Positions 12,937 to 25,694 of a DNA stretch of 64,000 nt are shown here, piece by piece. The notes beneath the pieces were generated by a model. It saw only the letters and a list, made by a program, of their open reading frames with translations. It made no database searches and was not told the DNA's origin. The position numbers and the translations under genes were made by a program. The stretch spans positions 131,801,900 through 131,865,899 of the forward strand of contig JASCQW010000132.1 in the NCBI GenBank assembly GCA_030264375.1, in the 5' to 3' direction. The stretch comes from Carcharhinus longimanus. Its lineage: Eukaryota. Position 1 is the stretch's first letter. Each line of letters opens with the position of its first letter.

Positions 12937-14097
12937 CATATAAATTGAAAGAAAAATATTGTTCAGGAGTCGAAGCTGCAATGGAGTTAAACTGGCCTGG
13001 AAGCAAAATGTCACGCAGCCACCACTTTGGCGGGAGAATCTATGCACGTGATGTGCAGTTGCAGTGCAGGCTGAATGCGCAAGTGATGTTTTGCTGGCTG
13101 GCAGCAAGAGTTAGTGTTTTAGGTTTGAAGGACTTTTACACTCTATCAGACTGTGAGCTAATTGCCAAAGCAGCACTGTTTAACTGAGACCATGTTTGTA
13201 ACTATGCTAATCCAGGCATGGCTAGCTCAAAGGTTGAAAAGTCATCATGTGGAACACATTAAACAGTGGAATGTGCTCAAAGCGGGCAATTCTAGCCCCA
13301 ACGATCTAAAGAACTGAAAGTTCCAAATTTTCAAACATCAGGAATAGTTTGTGGGCACGTGAAGCAGGAATGTACAAAAGGTATTGGATGTTTTGTCTGG
13401 AAAATACCCCCACCCATATTCTTAGATATTCCTTTTCCATCCTTGAATTTATTTCTCCCAATTTTAGTTGTGCTGCTAATCACTCCCTGAGCAAGAAGAT
13501 AAGAAAAATAATTTGAGGCTTAGTCTTGCTGTTGGGGTTGTCACCCTAATTTTTTTATTCATTTGTGGGACATGGGTGTTGCTGGCTGGCCAGCATTTAT
13601 TGCCCATTCTTTGCCCTTGTTCAGAGGGCAGTTCAGAGTCAACCATATTGCTGTGGCTCTGGAGTCACATTTAGGCCAGATCAGGTAAGGAGGGCAGATT
13701 CCTTTCCCTGAAGGACATCAGCGAATCACGTGGAATTTATTGACAATGGTTTCATGGTCATTATTAAATTCTTGGTTTCAGATTTTTTATAAAAGAATCA
13801 AATTCTGCCATCTGCTATGGAGTGGGATTCGAACACAAGTCCCCAGAACACTAGCTAAGTTTCTGGATTAAAACTCAAGTGATATACCACTATGCCATTA
13901 CCTCCCCAATTTTGCTCTGTCAGGGAAAAGTTCCTGGCTTTCTAATCACAGCCCCAAGACAAGATGATACGCTTGACCTATTGTCAAACCCTGCCTGGAT
14001 CAGTTTGCTGCCTTGGATGATTGATTTGTTTGTGTGGAAAGGTTTGCACTGTTGCAGAAGTTTGCCTACATTTGTCTAACATGAGTGTGACTCCCAG

Positions 14098-14257
14098 TTG
14101 CAGAAGTCCCTGAATCAAAGCCGTCTGGTGTCTATCGACCTCCTGCAGCCAGATCGGGTAATGTGAGAAGAACACAGTCACAAGGACCACCAGAAATTTA
14201 CAATGATGCACAGTTTCCATCCCTACAAGCTTCTGCAAAACATGTAGAAACCAGAAA
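14098..14257 (+). CDS. CDV3: CDV3 exon 4
   Basis: cccag|...aa|gtaag; SGVYRPPAAR...QGPPEIYNDAQFPSLQASAKHVETRK matches the CDV3 core. Confidence 0.96.
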
Positions 14258-17200
14258 GTAAGACTGGATGTGTTCACTTCCTAATAGTGAATTGCTACTT
14301 GTTTGATTTCCACCGATACTTGCCAGTTTTGGTGAGGTGGATGGGGGGACAAATTTTTAAAAAAAAAAGTCTGTTCCCCTTTGTGAAAAAAAAAATGCAA
14401 CATTTTTCCTTAAGTTCTTCATTTTCAGTTTCTGTAAACTCTGGTTCATCAGGCTTCTGTTCTTCCATTGTCTCTTGCAGGAGTTAGTACCATGTACCTT
14501 TCAATTTCATACTTAGGTGATGTCTGCTGTGATTTCTCTTGGGCTTTTTTCCAATACATCGGCAATCACATGCCAAATATTTGTATAGTTTAAATGAAAT
14601 TAAAAGTATTTTCAAAAATAAGTATATGTAAAGCAAACTTTAGTGAGAATTGAAAGCAAAATGTACTACTGACAGGTCGGTGGGTAACTATCCCACCTGG
14701 TGCAGGACAAGCCCACACAAAGTGGGAGCTTCCTGCTCTCATTCTTTAGCCTGTCCTGGTGAGGTAGGAGTCATGAAGCTGCCTCAATGACCTGGGATAG
14801 TGAGGGGTGGGAGGGTGAGGGAGAATCAATATGACATTTAATATCAATATAACATTACTGTTCAATATGTTAGTCTGCGTACAAGCATTGGGTGAAAAGG
14901 GGACAGAATGAAACTGCGATGCCCCTACCCAAATAGCTTGCTGCTACTTATTTAGGTACATCTTTGACGTGCCAACTTTGGAGAGGTACCAGAGGGCTGC
15001 AGCATCCACCCATGAAGATTGAGGTAAATCATTGAGATGAGGAGAGTGAAGAAGTGAAAATGAAGAACGATGTACATGTTCCTGTATAGTAAATCCAATT
15101 AAAATTGTATGTGTCAGACACCATATTTTGCAGTTTACTTCAATATTTATATTTTTCAGTTGATCTGACTTGTCTTCATTTGTACAACCTGTTTGTTCAA
15201 TCTCCACATACAAATTAGCTGCTATGGTAGATTGTGTCGTCTGTCAGGAATTCCTCGCATTTTGCGTGTTATCAGCTGTAAAGCTGCTGTATCCCTGGAT
15301 CTGAAAGTTTGGGTACTTTGGGAGAAGGAGCCCAACCTATTGCAAATAGTCTGGAGCTGATGGACCTAAGTATGGCCTGCAGCCCCACAGAATCTTAAAG
15401 CAAAGTTGTGCTAGGCTCAAGGTTTTTATTTTGATGAAAGATCTCTGTTGCAGCTTTGCGGGGATAAGGGAAGGGAGCTTCTACAAACACTGGCAGTTGC
15501 AGTTCTGAGCATGATTGGTCACAAGGTGGCCAACTATGAAAGAAGCACTGGGTTCCCTTTGAGCTGGAACTGGCCTTGCACCTGAATTCAAGAGCAGGGG
15601 GAGTTGCAGAGAATGCCTTCAGCTTGTATCCACACCCCTGCATTTACCCAGTGCTGGCAGGATTGCCAGTGGAGACTTCTTTGTGAAAAGATGAGGACCT
15701 GATCTTTGGTGTTTGGGTCAAGGAGAATGTCCGAGAAGGTTATAATTCCACCTGGGTTTCTTCATCTCGAGAGAGTAACCTTGCCAGTAGCCTTTAGCCC
15801 TAAAAGTACAGAAACTGCCTGGGTCAGGGAGGTGTGGGATTTTAATTCCTGATGTCTAAAGCCCAGAGCTCTTCACAACTAAAAGAAATGAGGCACCTGG
15901 GAAACTGGCTGTTAGAATTTGTTTGTACACTTCTGTGGAAAATCCATGGAGAAAATTTGTGTGCAGGAAGTAAATCGGGTTCTTCCTTTCAACCTAATAT
16001 TAGAACACAGAATCCCTGGTGTCTTTGATGTTTTGTTAAATCATACCTGAACAATTGGGTTTATGCGAGTGCCTATTCATGATAACATGCAGCTGATGAT
16101 CCCATAGTTTTTCAGAGAGGATTTGTTAACTGAGAAATCCATCTGAGCCAGGGTAGGGTCAATATGTTTTGGTTCCAGGCGGGTCTGGGGATCCATACAT
16201 TGACAGCAAGGTTCCTTCAGCATTGCAGCCTGAATCCATGACTGGGAGTTGGTGCTTTGCACTGATCCTTGGATGATAACTTTTGGTGTGTCTGTTTCAG
16301 CTGTTTTTGCTATGGTTCCACTATCAGGAGGCACGCTAAAACTTGCAATGACCTTGAGACAGAGTAAACTCTAGTTTATGGGCACTCTCCCCCCTCATCC
16401 TAGCAGCTACATCCTGTTCAGATTGAGCAAAACCATGAGGCAGGATTTAGTGCAGTTCGTTGTAACCTCTGTGCCTGATAGAGACGCAGTATTGGGCACG
16501 AAGGTAGGGCTGCAATAAGTCAACATTCCTGCCTTTGCTTCGGAATCCCACCTATACTGCCTTCACTTCAATGTGGCCTGGGAGTCCGTCTGTGATCCTG
16601 GGTGTTCAGGTGAATGCAGTACCTCCAGCAGCCACTGCTCCCTCTAGCACTAGCAGCATGTGGGACTTCTGTTGCCAGGGACCTCAGTTGCGGGAAGGCT
16701 GAGTAACAGCCAATTAAGTGCCTGGACAGCACTTGATTTCATTGAGCTTCCCCCACCCCAAGAAGTTGACTGGGGTGGGGGGGTGGCAGTTTGCTTGGTC
16801 TCCAATGGGCAAGATTCCTGTGGGCCTGACAGTGGTTTGGAGACCAGCTTGAGTGTTGGGGGACACTTCAGGAAATTGCTGCACCTCGCTCCTTTTTAAC
16901 TAAATTACAAGGATTGCAGCTGTTCAAGGAAGCCACCTTCTGGAGGGTAATTGGGTTTGGGCAGCAAATGCTGATGCAGCCAATGATGCCTACCTCCCAT
17001 GAATGAATGAATAAAAGTTTCTTTGGCAAAAAAAAACTTTCACTAGCCTTCTCCATGTTGCCACATGGGTGTCGATACCTCACAGTTAAAATGACTCATA
17101 TAACCAGACTTTTCATCAGATTCCTGGGATGGTGTTAGTTGGAGATATCTCCTGGCAGTGCTTCAGAATGTTAAGGCCATGAGAGATCTTCCTCCCTGAC

Positions 17201-18917
17201 CTGGATCAAGTTTAATTCCTAAAATGGAGAAAATCCTATTGGATTGTTTGTCCTTGTCTGAGTGAGTGTAATCCCATTGACTTCCTTTTGGCCAAACGAG
17301 ACATGGTTTCTTGGATCTATTAGAATTGAGTGCTGTTTGGCCCATACAGGAGCAAACTGATCTCGTGCAGACAGGGTGCATAAAACCAGTCTGGTCTCCA
17401 GTCATCCTCCGATCCTCCATTTGATGGGATGGAGTAAGTTTTCTGCCATCGCTTGCTTGAAGCTTGTAGCATGAAAAAGTTAGGACCATCAGGTGGAAAT
17501 AATTTTATTTCCTGATATCAGGGAATGGAAATAAACCCCTTGAGTTTGGGACAGCATAGTGGTTAGCACTGCTGTCTTACAAGCTCCAGGTTCAATTGCA
17601 GCCTCAGGTCACTGTCTGTGTGGACTTTGCATGTTCTCTGTGTGTCTGCATGGGTTTCCTCCAAGTGCTCCAGTTTTCACCCACAGTCCAGAGACGTGCT
17701 AGTGAGTTGATTGGCTGTGCTAAATTGATGAGCAGGGTAAATGAAGGTTACGGGAATAAGGCCTGGGTGGGATTGTGGTTGGTACAGACCTGATTGGTCG
17801 AATGGCTGCCTTCTGTTTTGTAGGGGTTCCGTGATTCTGAGTTGTGTAATTTGCATTCTTGAACTAATTCAGGCTGCATGTGGCAACAGTGATCATCCAT
17901 TCTTTCTTTTTAACTGGATAGAATCTGGTACATTCTAGAATTGTGCAAATTGCTGGGGAAATTATTACTGTTGCTGACCCAAATTTGCTTGCTATTCACA
18001 AACTAAAACACTGGAACTTGTGGATCTATGTGATCTTAAATTCCTAGTGTTTAAATCTGGATATTGTTTGGTTACAATTAACTGGAGAATAGTGGTTGAA
18101 TTTTTCTGCTAGCTTTTCCATTTTGAATTCTTTGGTGATAAAGTGGAGCAGAGGAGAAGGTTATGCCCGGAGTTGAATTTAATTTGTCTCAATTATGGTG
18201 CCTGGTTTAATTTTGCTGGTTGATTGTGGACTGTTGCCACTCTGTTTAGGCTGCTGTTCAGAAACATTGTTTGAATGAGATGTGGCCAGTTAGGTAGTGG
18301 AGTTTTTTATGGCATGTGACCACGTGAGTCAGACATATTGCTCACGTTCATGCCAGCACTGATGCAATCATCTTGACACTACATGAAATCAAAACAGTGG
18401 GACGTTCAGCTTCTGTTGATATTGGAGTGGGACAGAAACACATGAATTTGTTTGTGGAGGTTGAACGAAAGTGGAAATGCTAGATTACCTGCTACAGGGC
18501 ATGAGGTCTTTAGTTCCCTAAATGTAATTCAACCTCCATATACAAAGCTTCCACTTCATTCCCTTGGGGAGTTTGGATTCCCCCTCTCCCCCCATTTAGT
18601 GTCTTCACTGTTGCCTTCGGAACCTAAATACATTCCCAGAACATGAGCCTCCTTCATACTTGGATGGGAAAGCACCATATGATCTGGTGTGAATGATGTG
18701 CTAAATTTGTTAAGGGACAGTATCCAGATGCATTTCCCTCCGAGTCATGAGCCTGTTTATTTGTATGTGGCGGTTGAACTGCATTAGAGAGTGAAGAAGG
18801 CCATAATAATCCCTTCCAGCAGGTAACTTAACATTTCATTGGTCACGTTTTTTTCTCTAGTTTTGTGTCTTGAGCACTTTTTTTCTAGCTGAACTTAAAA
18901 AAATTATTTTTTCCCAG

Positions 18918-19044
18918 AGATAAAGAAATGGAAAAGACCTTTGAGATGGTGAAATACAAAAACAGAGCCAGGGAGGATGGTTCTAAAAGTCAGTCCGTTC
19001 AGCTAGAACTTGGCAACCAGTTTGCTGTTCTTGGGGAGCAGTAA
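18918..19044 (+). CDS. CDV3: CDV3 last coding exon
   Basis: ttcccag|; DKEMEKTFEMVKYKNRAREDGSKSQSVQLELGNQFAVLGEQ-TAA resembles the CDV3 C-terminus. Confidence 0.95.
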
Positions 19045-20549
19045 ATGTTTGTGCCTATTTTACAGACTGGTGCTCTGTATTCCATCCCAGGTAACTAATC
19101 TACATGGAACCCATCTGTCTTCACCCCACAATGCCAGAAAGATTTTCAATTGATCTGGTATAGAGACTTCTGCGGACAAATGAGGCATCTGCAAGGCATC
19201 ATGGGAATTTTAAGCTTGAAGCTCAATAGTTGCTGTCATCTACTGTGGACTGGAACTGATAAAGGGTTTGAATGAAGTGTCTGTCACTCTCGCAGCGACG
19301 TTTTTGGATAAAGATTTTAAAAATGCAGCCATTAAGTGGTCCATTTGTTTATAGTCCCGCTTCCTATGTGAATGTTGAGCCTCTCAAAGCTGACTACCTC
19401 AGTTTGACAGAGAACTGTGGACACCATTATGACTGTACCTCGTTTGCCATCTCATGTTTGCTACCGTTTATTTTTTAAAGAAAAGGAGTATTACAATACT
19501 GTAGTTGAACATTTCAGACTATTAAAAACCGCTAAATTCCTGGGAACAGAAATAGAAATTTGTCCATCAGTCTGCAAATTGAATTTAAGAGACTGCACAA
19601 CTTTTAAGTGACCTTACCTTTAAAATAAAAGGAAGTGTGGCATCCATTAAATCATCTGCTTTTCAGGCTGAGGCTAAAAAGGCTGTATGCGATGGCTTGG
19701 ACTGCAACGCTTTGCATAAAATCACTCTCCCTGCGTGTGCATTTTGATAGCAGTGAGCTGTAATCTGCTGCTCCGTTCTAGCTTCCTTCTCCAAATTTCC
19801 CTGATGCTAAGAGAACCTAATCTAAACCTGAATCTAGGATGCACCTCATTTCTTTTTAGCTTTCTGTGACTTTTTTTGTAAGTGACATCACCAATAAACC
19901 CCACAGCCCTCAAAATAAAAAATCTTCAACCTGTCAAGAACTGCAGAAAACAAGTGTTTAACCAGCAGATAATACTGACCTGGAATTGGGGAAATGAAAA
20001 GAGGGTGTTGTGACAGTGTTACTATTAAAATTATTTGGGTAATCTCATCTGAACAATCAAAAACTTGTTACATGCGACATTGATGATGACACTTGTCAGA
20101 GAACCTTTGAAGGTTGAATTTAATTCATCCAATTTTTGTGTATTTATGTAATTAACTATTATGAAACCTAAGCTTCAGGATGGGGGGGAAAATAAAGTTT
20201 AAGGTTACAGTTAAGAAAAATATAACAGCTGTACAACTATTTATGAAGACCTTTTAGTACAGTATTTTCTTAAGGTTCTGGTTTTAAAACCACTTATAAA
20301 ATTGGGCATAAATAAGTGCATCTCAGGCCCTGACTGGTTGCATTTTCAAATTCCCACCTTTTTGGCTTGCAATAATAATTTTCTGTTCAAGAACTAACAG
20401 CAACACTTAACTCAGAGTAGGCATTATTGGGTTGTTTTAAGATGCACATTTAGAATCTATTTTGTGCTTTACAAATAGAACAGCAGCTATTGTCTGAACA
20501 TGTTTGAATCCTGGGCATGTATTATGGCTGTACTGGAGAAAACACATGA

Positions 20550-20563
20550 AATAAATCAATAAA
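20550..20563 (+). terminator. Probable CDV3 polyadenylation signals
   Basis: AATAAA at 20550 and 20558 followed by a T/GT-rich tract (ttttttgtttcttg); ~1.5 kb repeat-free 3'UTR upstream. Confidence 0.6.
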
Positions 20564-21084
20564 GCTGCAACACGTGAATATTTTTTGTTTCTTGAGAACA
20601 GTTGGCTTGGTTATTACTTGCTCAGTGTCTGGGGGTCATGCTGTAATTTGCTAATTACTGCAAACATTGATTGCGATGGCAAGTTTTTTTGGTTCAAAAT
20701 GCATTTTGTTAGAATGGATGACACATTAATCTGATGCAGTATAAAATCAGACTTTTTGCTATGAGCTGCAATGGCTTACTATTAATACACCTAGTGGCAG
20801 CAGTTGGCAATTAGACCAAGGACCTGGCTTCAAATCCTCCTTTAACAAAGCAGAGGCAAATTTTAAACGTGCTTTTGTATTCCATTTTGGGTTGCTTGTG
20901 AATTAATCAGATAACAAGATCTTGTTCTAAAATTCTAATGCTTTGTTATACTTCACACGATAATGTGGGGATTGAAATAAGTGTCTAGCTGCAGAACTTG
21001 CATTATTGTCCCAAGACAGTCCCCATGCCATATTTTCTTTAGTCCTTCTGGGAATAATGGGAAGCCTTTGGGAAGTATTAAAAG

Positions 21085-21388
21085 AACTCTCTCAACACCA
21101 GGTTAAATTCCAACAGGTTTATTTGGTAGCAAAATCCACTAGCTTTTGGAGCGCTGCTCCCTCGTCAGGTAAGTGGGAGTTCTGTTCACAAATAGGGCAT
21201 ATAAAGACACAAACTCAATTTACAAAATAATGGTTGGAATGTGCATCTTTATAGATAATCTTGATTCGCCTTGATTACCTATAAAGATTCTCAAATTTGC
21301 TACCAAATAAATTTATTGGACGTTAAGCTGGTGTTGTGAGACAACTTACTGTGTTTACCCCAGTCCAATGCCAGCATCTCCACATCAC
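21085..21388. mobile_element. Penelope-derived inverted-repeat element (same family as 33411)
   Basis: caacaccaggttaaattccaacagg.. paired with ..gttaagctggtgttgtgag; degenerate hammerhead on - near 21140-21175. Confidence 0.75.
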
Positions 21389-24301
21389 AAGTATTGAAAG
21401 AGACAGAATTACTTAGTCACTGTTTAAAATTTATTTTGGGAATTTGTGCTAAGATTTTATTTATTATTGAGGATTTCCCTGATTTTATAAATGCTTGTTC
21501 AGCTCTGTTATATCTTGTACATTGTCCTAAAGCTGATGAGCCCTGCTGAATAGCAGTTAACTGATGTTTAGATGTTAAGACTATTCTACACACAAGTATC
21601 TGAATACTGGATTTGTATATACCTTCCACATCTAGGTGCCTGTTAAACTTTGCTGTTTAGTACCTGACTACTAGATTTTGAAAACCCCAATGCAGAATCA
21701 GCTTGATTGTGGAGTGAAATATGTATCAACCTATCGGGTTTTCTTTAAAAAAAATTGTATTTTAAATCATATTCCACCACTAAATTTATTTTTGATCCTA
21801 TTTGCATGATTTACCTTCTATTTAACACTCAGGGCTCATCTTTCAACAATTACTTAATAAGCCTTACTTCTCTCCGACCATAACCTTTTCACACCCTAGA
21901 GCTTTAACTTCTCAGAGCTTATTCTCTTTACACTCACCATCATTCTTTTTGCTAGCTGCTTCTCTGCAGCCCCTCTGCTGTGCGGACGCCCTCTACTGAA
22001 GCACAAACTATATGAACACACCCTAGCCGAGGTCAGACCATTACGTTCAAAAGGCTAGGGTGTTTGATATAGTTTGATTCCCTTAGTTTTCCGCCCTTAA
22101 CCCATTAAGAATTGTCCTGCAATGATTAATGTTCAAATGACTGCTATTGCTTTCAAAGTAGGTAGGAATGGTTCAGTTGTAGTTTTTTTTTTTGCTGCTG
22201 GATTTACTGCCATTTGCCCCCAGCGCTGTTCGAGCTGTGCATCTCCACTATTCAGAAACTTGTGTGTAGAATAGTCTTAGCATCTAAACAAGTAAACTGG
22301 AATTCCGCTTTATACAAGCTCAACTTAAATATGCCCATCTACTGAATAGGAAGTAAGAGCTTATCACTGCAAGGAGGAAGGTTATTTGTCTTTTACATTC
22401 TTTGGGCATTGCAAAGCACATCATGACTAACGAGTTACTTTTGAAGCACTAGTGTAGGCAAACCTGGCTCTGCCAGGTTCCACAAACTAGAGGTGGGTAG
22501 TCTTTATGTGGTGATGGTTGAGGGATAAATGTCGGCCAGGACAATGAAATGTGTTTTCCTTCAGAAAGAAAGTTGCAGCTCATCAGGCCGCAACCTCGAC
22601 TTTAAAACTTCACCCGGCCTTCCTTGGATACAGCCCTGAAAACAGCTTAGATGTACAGGAAACAATTCTTGTTGCACCCCCACAATTACTTTGAAGTTAC
22701 AATATCATTTCTGCTTTAACTGAAGAATAATGGTCCCTGACAACCTTTTCTTGTAGTGAAACATCCCAAATGCATTTGCAAAGCATTAAGTTTTTATTTA
22801 TTAAGTAATCTATTAAAATGGCCATCTATCTGAGAGTTGTAATACATTCCTTGTGGTTCTCTGATCTTGACAGGTCTGTGCTAACCTCCCTTCCCCAGAT
22901 TAAATCCAAGCAATTTTCCGTAACTTGGAGGTTAATTGCAAAACTCTCTACATATCAGTTTTGACACTCTGACTACCAAAGCAATAAAGATTCCAAAGAT
23001 TATTAGCTCCAGAATAAACCGTCTATTCAAAACCCTTTGCCTCACACATGTAAACTGCTGGATTAATCCTAATTTGATGTTTTAAAGTGCTCTCCTGTCT
23101 GCTCAAATGAACTTTGTTGCATTTTAAATGGTGCCCACTATTACATAATTCTATCTTCCTGTAAATGAGTGAGAGAGAAGGAAACCAGTGATTCTGCTCA
23201 GCGACCCTCTAAAGAAGAATGGAGTGTGGTAAATAATCCTTCAGCTCAGAACTTGTTAACTTTTCAATTTTAAAAAAAAAGCATTTCTTTAAGATTTGCA
23301 CATTTCCCACCAGGTTCAGAAAAGTTTATTTATTATTAGTCACAAGGCTTACATTAACACTGCACTGAAATTACTGTGAAATTCCCCTAGTCACCACACT
23401 CTAGTGCCTGTTCGGGTCAGTACACTGAACCAGCACACCTTTCAGACTGTGGGAGGAAACCAGAGCACCTTGAGGAAACACACACATACGGAGAATGTGC
23501 AGATGCCACACAGTGAACCAAGCTGGGAATTGAACCCAGGTGCCTGGTGCTGTGATGCAGCAGTGCTAAGCAGTATGCTGCCCCTCCTTTGACTCGAGAG
23601 AACCAGGCATCACAATCACATACAGGTAAAGCAAACTACCATATTTGTCACTATGAAGTTTAAACTGTCAAACATTTGCTCTGAAGAGCAGCCAGGACTA
23701 GAGTGCAAGAAGTAGCAATGGAGACAGGTATTCACAATACCTGCAATAAATGCCAGAATTTTGGCACATAGCCATTATTGGGGCTGATCTTTTTTTGTAT
23801 ACGGATACAACACTGCTTCCCATGTGGACAGTCTAGAAATAAAAGAGCATAATTTGCTGGAGGTTTAAGAACTAGAACAATATCATCTGTATCTTGCTCA
23901 GGAGTCAGCCTTTGAGGTTGGGTTTCTGCATTTCAATGGAACAGTAGAATCAAATAGGATGTTCTGATTCAGAATAAGTGATAACTATTCCTTCTTTACT
24001 GGTTCAGATGCCAATGTGTATTTTTTTTTGCAAACTTACTCTTGTCTTTAAAGTTTAGAGTTGAAATCTCCCCGCAGGCACATGCTGCCGGGGAACTGGC
24101 AATAGTTTTACCCAGTTGCTTTTTTGATTGACTTGCCTGTTACAGAAAAGGACTTTTTGTAGGTTCTACTTTTGGTTCATATGGAGAACGAAGGAGCAAA
24201 TCAATTTGTAAGTGGACATCAGGTAACTGGAATGCGTTCAAAATTATTCTATCATGGCCCATCCTTCACAATATTGCTAAACCTGTGGGATGTAAACATG
24301 C

Positions 24302-24322
24302 TGTGTGTGTGTGTGTGTGTGT
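24302..24322. repeat. (TG)n microsatellite
   Basis: Seen directly. Confidence 0.9.
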
Positions 24323-25638
24323 GGAGTTTGCACGTTTTCCCTGTGTCTGCGTGATTCCTCTGGGTGCTCTGGTTTTTTTCCCGTAACCCAAAAGCTGTGC
24401 AGGTCAGGTGGATTGCTCATGCTCAATTGATCCTTAGCATCAGGGGGAATTAGTGAGGGAGATACATGGGATTGCTGGGATAGGGCCTGGGTGGGATTGT
24501 TGTCAGTACAGGCTTAATGGGCCAAATGGCCTCTTTCTGCAGTCTAGGGATTCTGTGCTTGTCAAATCCTGAACTCTACAGCAAAGGAGACTTGCGCTCC
24601 TGTCACCAGAGTCTACTCACTGCTGACTCCACCAAGACCAATCTCAGTCTGAATTCAAACTAACCTCTTGAGTTTTATACGAATGCTACTGCTACTGTCT
24701 CAATGCACTTTTTGTTATGTGATTAATAAACAGGAGAGACCAATTTTGTGACCTGACAAGTAATCTGTGTATAAATTGGACTGATATTTGTCAGTCCTAT
24801 CGCTTATGTAGCACCTGTGTGAAACATGTTGGGTTTTGGGAGTGGGGGAAAAGTCAAAACTGTAGCTACCTAAATTTCAACTTATCTAAAGCTATCTTGT
24901 TGCAAAGCATTTGTGAACTGTATGACACAATAAAATAAATGTCTTTCAGTGTCCTGCTTGCTTATAAACATCAAACTCACCTGGAACATAATAGCTTAGA
25001 CAATATTATTCAGAACAGAATGAACAAGATGTATAAACAGAAGTGTCAGAGTCCGTTTGCCATGTAAGATTTAACAAAGCCTGGTCAGTNNNNNNNNNNN
25101 NNNNNNNNNNNNNNNNNNNNNNNNNNNNNNNNNNNNNNNNNNNNNNNNNNNNNNNNNNNNNNNNNNNNNNNNNNNNNNNNNNNNNNNNNNNNNNNNNNNN
25201 NNNNNNNNNNNNNNNNNNNNNNNNNNNNNNNNNNNNNNNNNNNNNNNNNNNNNNNNNNNNNNNNNNNNNNNNNNNNNNNNNNNNNNNNNNNNNNNNNNNN
25301 NNNNNNNNNNNNNNNNNNNNNNNNNNNNNNNNNNNNNNNNNNNNNNNNNNNNNNNNNNNNNNNNNNNNNNNNNNNNNNNNNNNNNNNNNNNNNNNNNNNN
25401 NNNNNNNNNNNNNNNNNNNNNNNNNNNNNNNNNNNNNNNNNNNNNNNNNNNNNNNNNNNNNNNNNNNNNNNNNNNNNNNNNNNNNNNNNNNNNNNNNNNN
25501 NNNNNNNNNNNNNNNNNNNNNNNNNNNNNNNNNNNNNNNNNNNNNNNNNNNNNNNNNNNNNNNNNNNNNNNNNNNNNNNNNNNNNNNNNNNNNNNNNNNN
25601 NNNNNNNNNNNNNNNNNNNNNNNNNNNNNNNNNNNNNN

Positions 25639-25694
25639 TTTCGCCTTTTATGCTTCAGCTTATGCATGTGCTTCTTCTGCCACTTCGTTCTCAT
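25639..25694 (-). pseudogene. RPL41: RPL41 (eL41) processed pseudogene/retrocopy, 3' end in gap
   Basis: Uninterrupted MRTKWQKKHMHKLKHKRR vs RPL41 MRAKWRKKRMRRLKRKRR. Confidence 0.8.

Noticed and set aside
14956-15023. Cassette exon in CDV3 intron 4
   Set aside because: Weak acceptor, in-frame stop at its end, no independent support.
21780-21960. Possible NUMT (C/T-rich composition)
   Set aside because: No recognisable mitochondrial gene or tRNA sequence.
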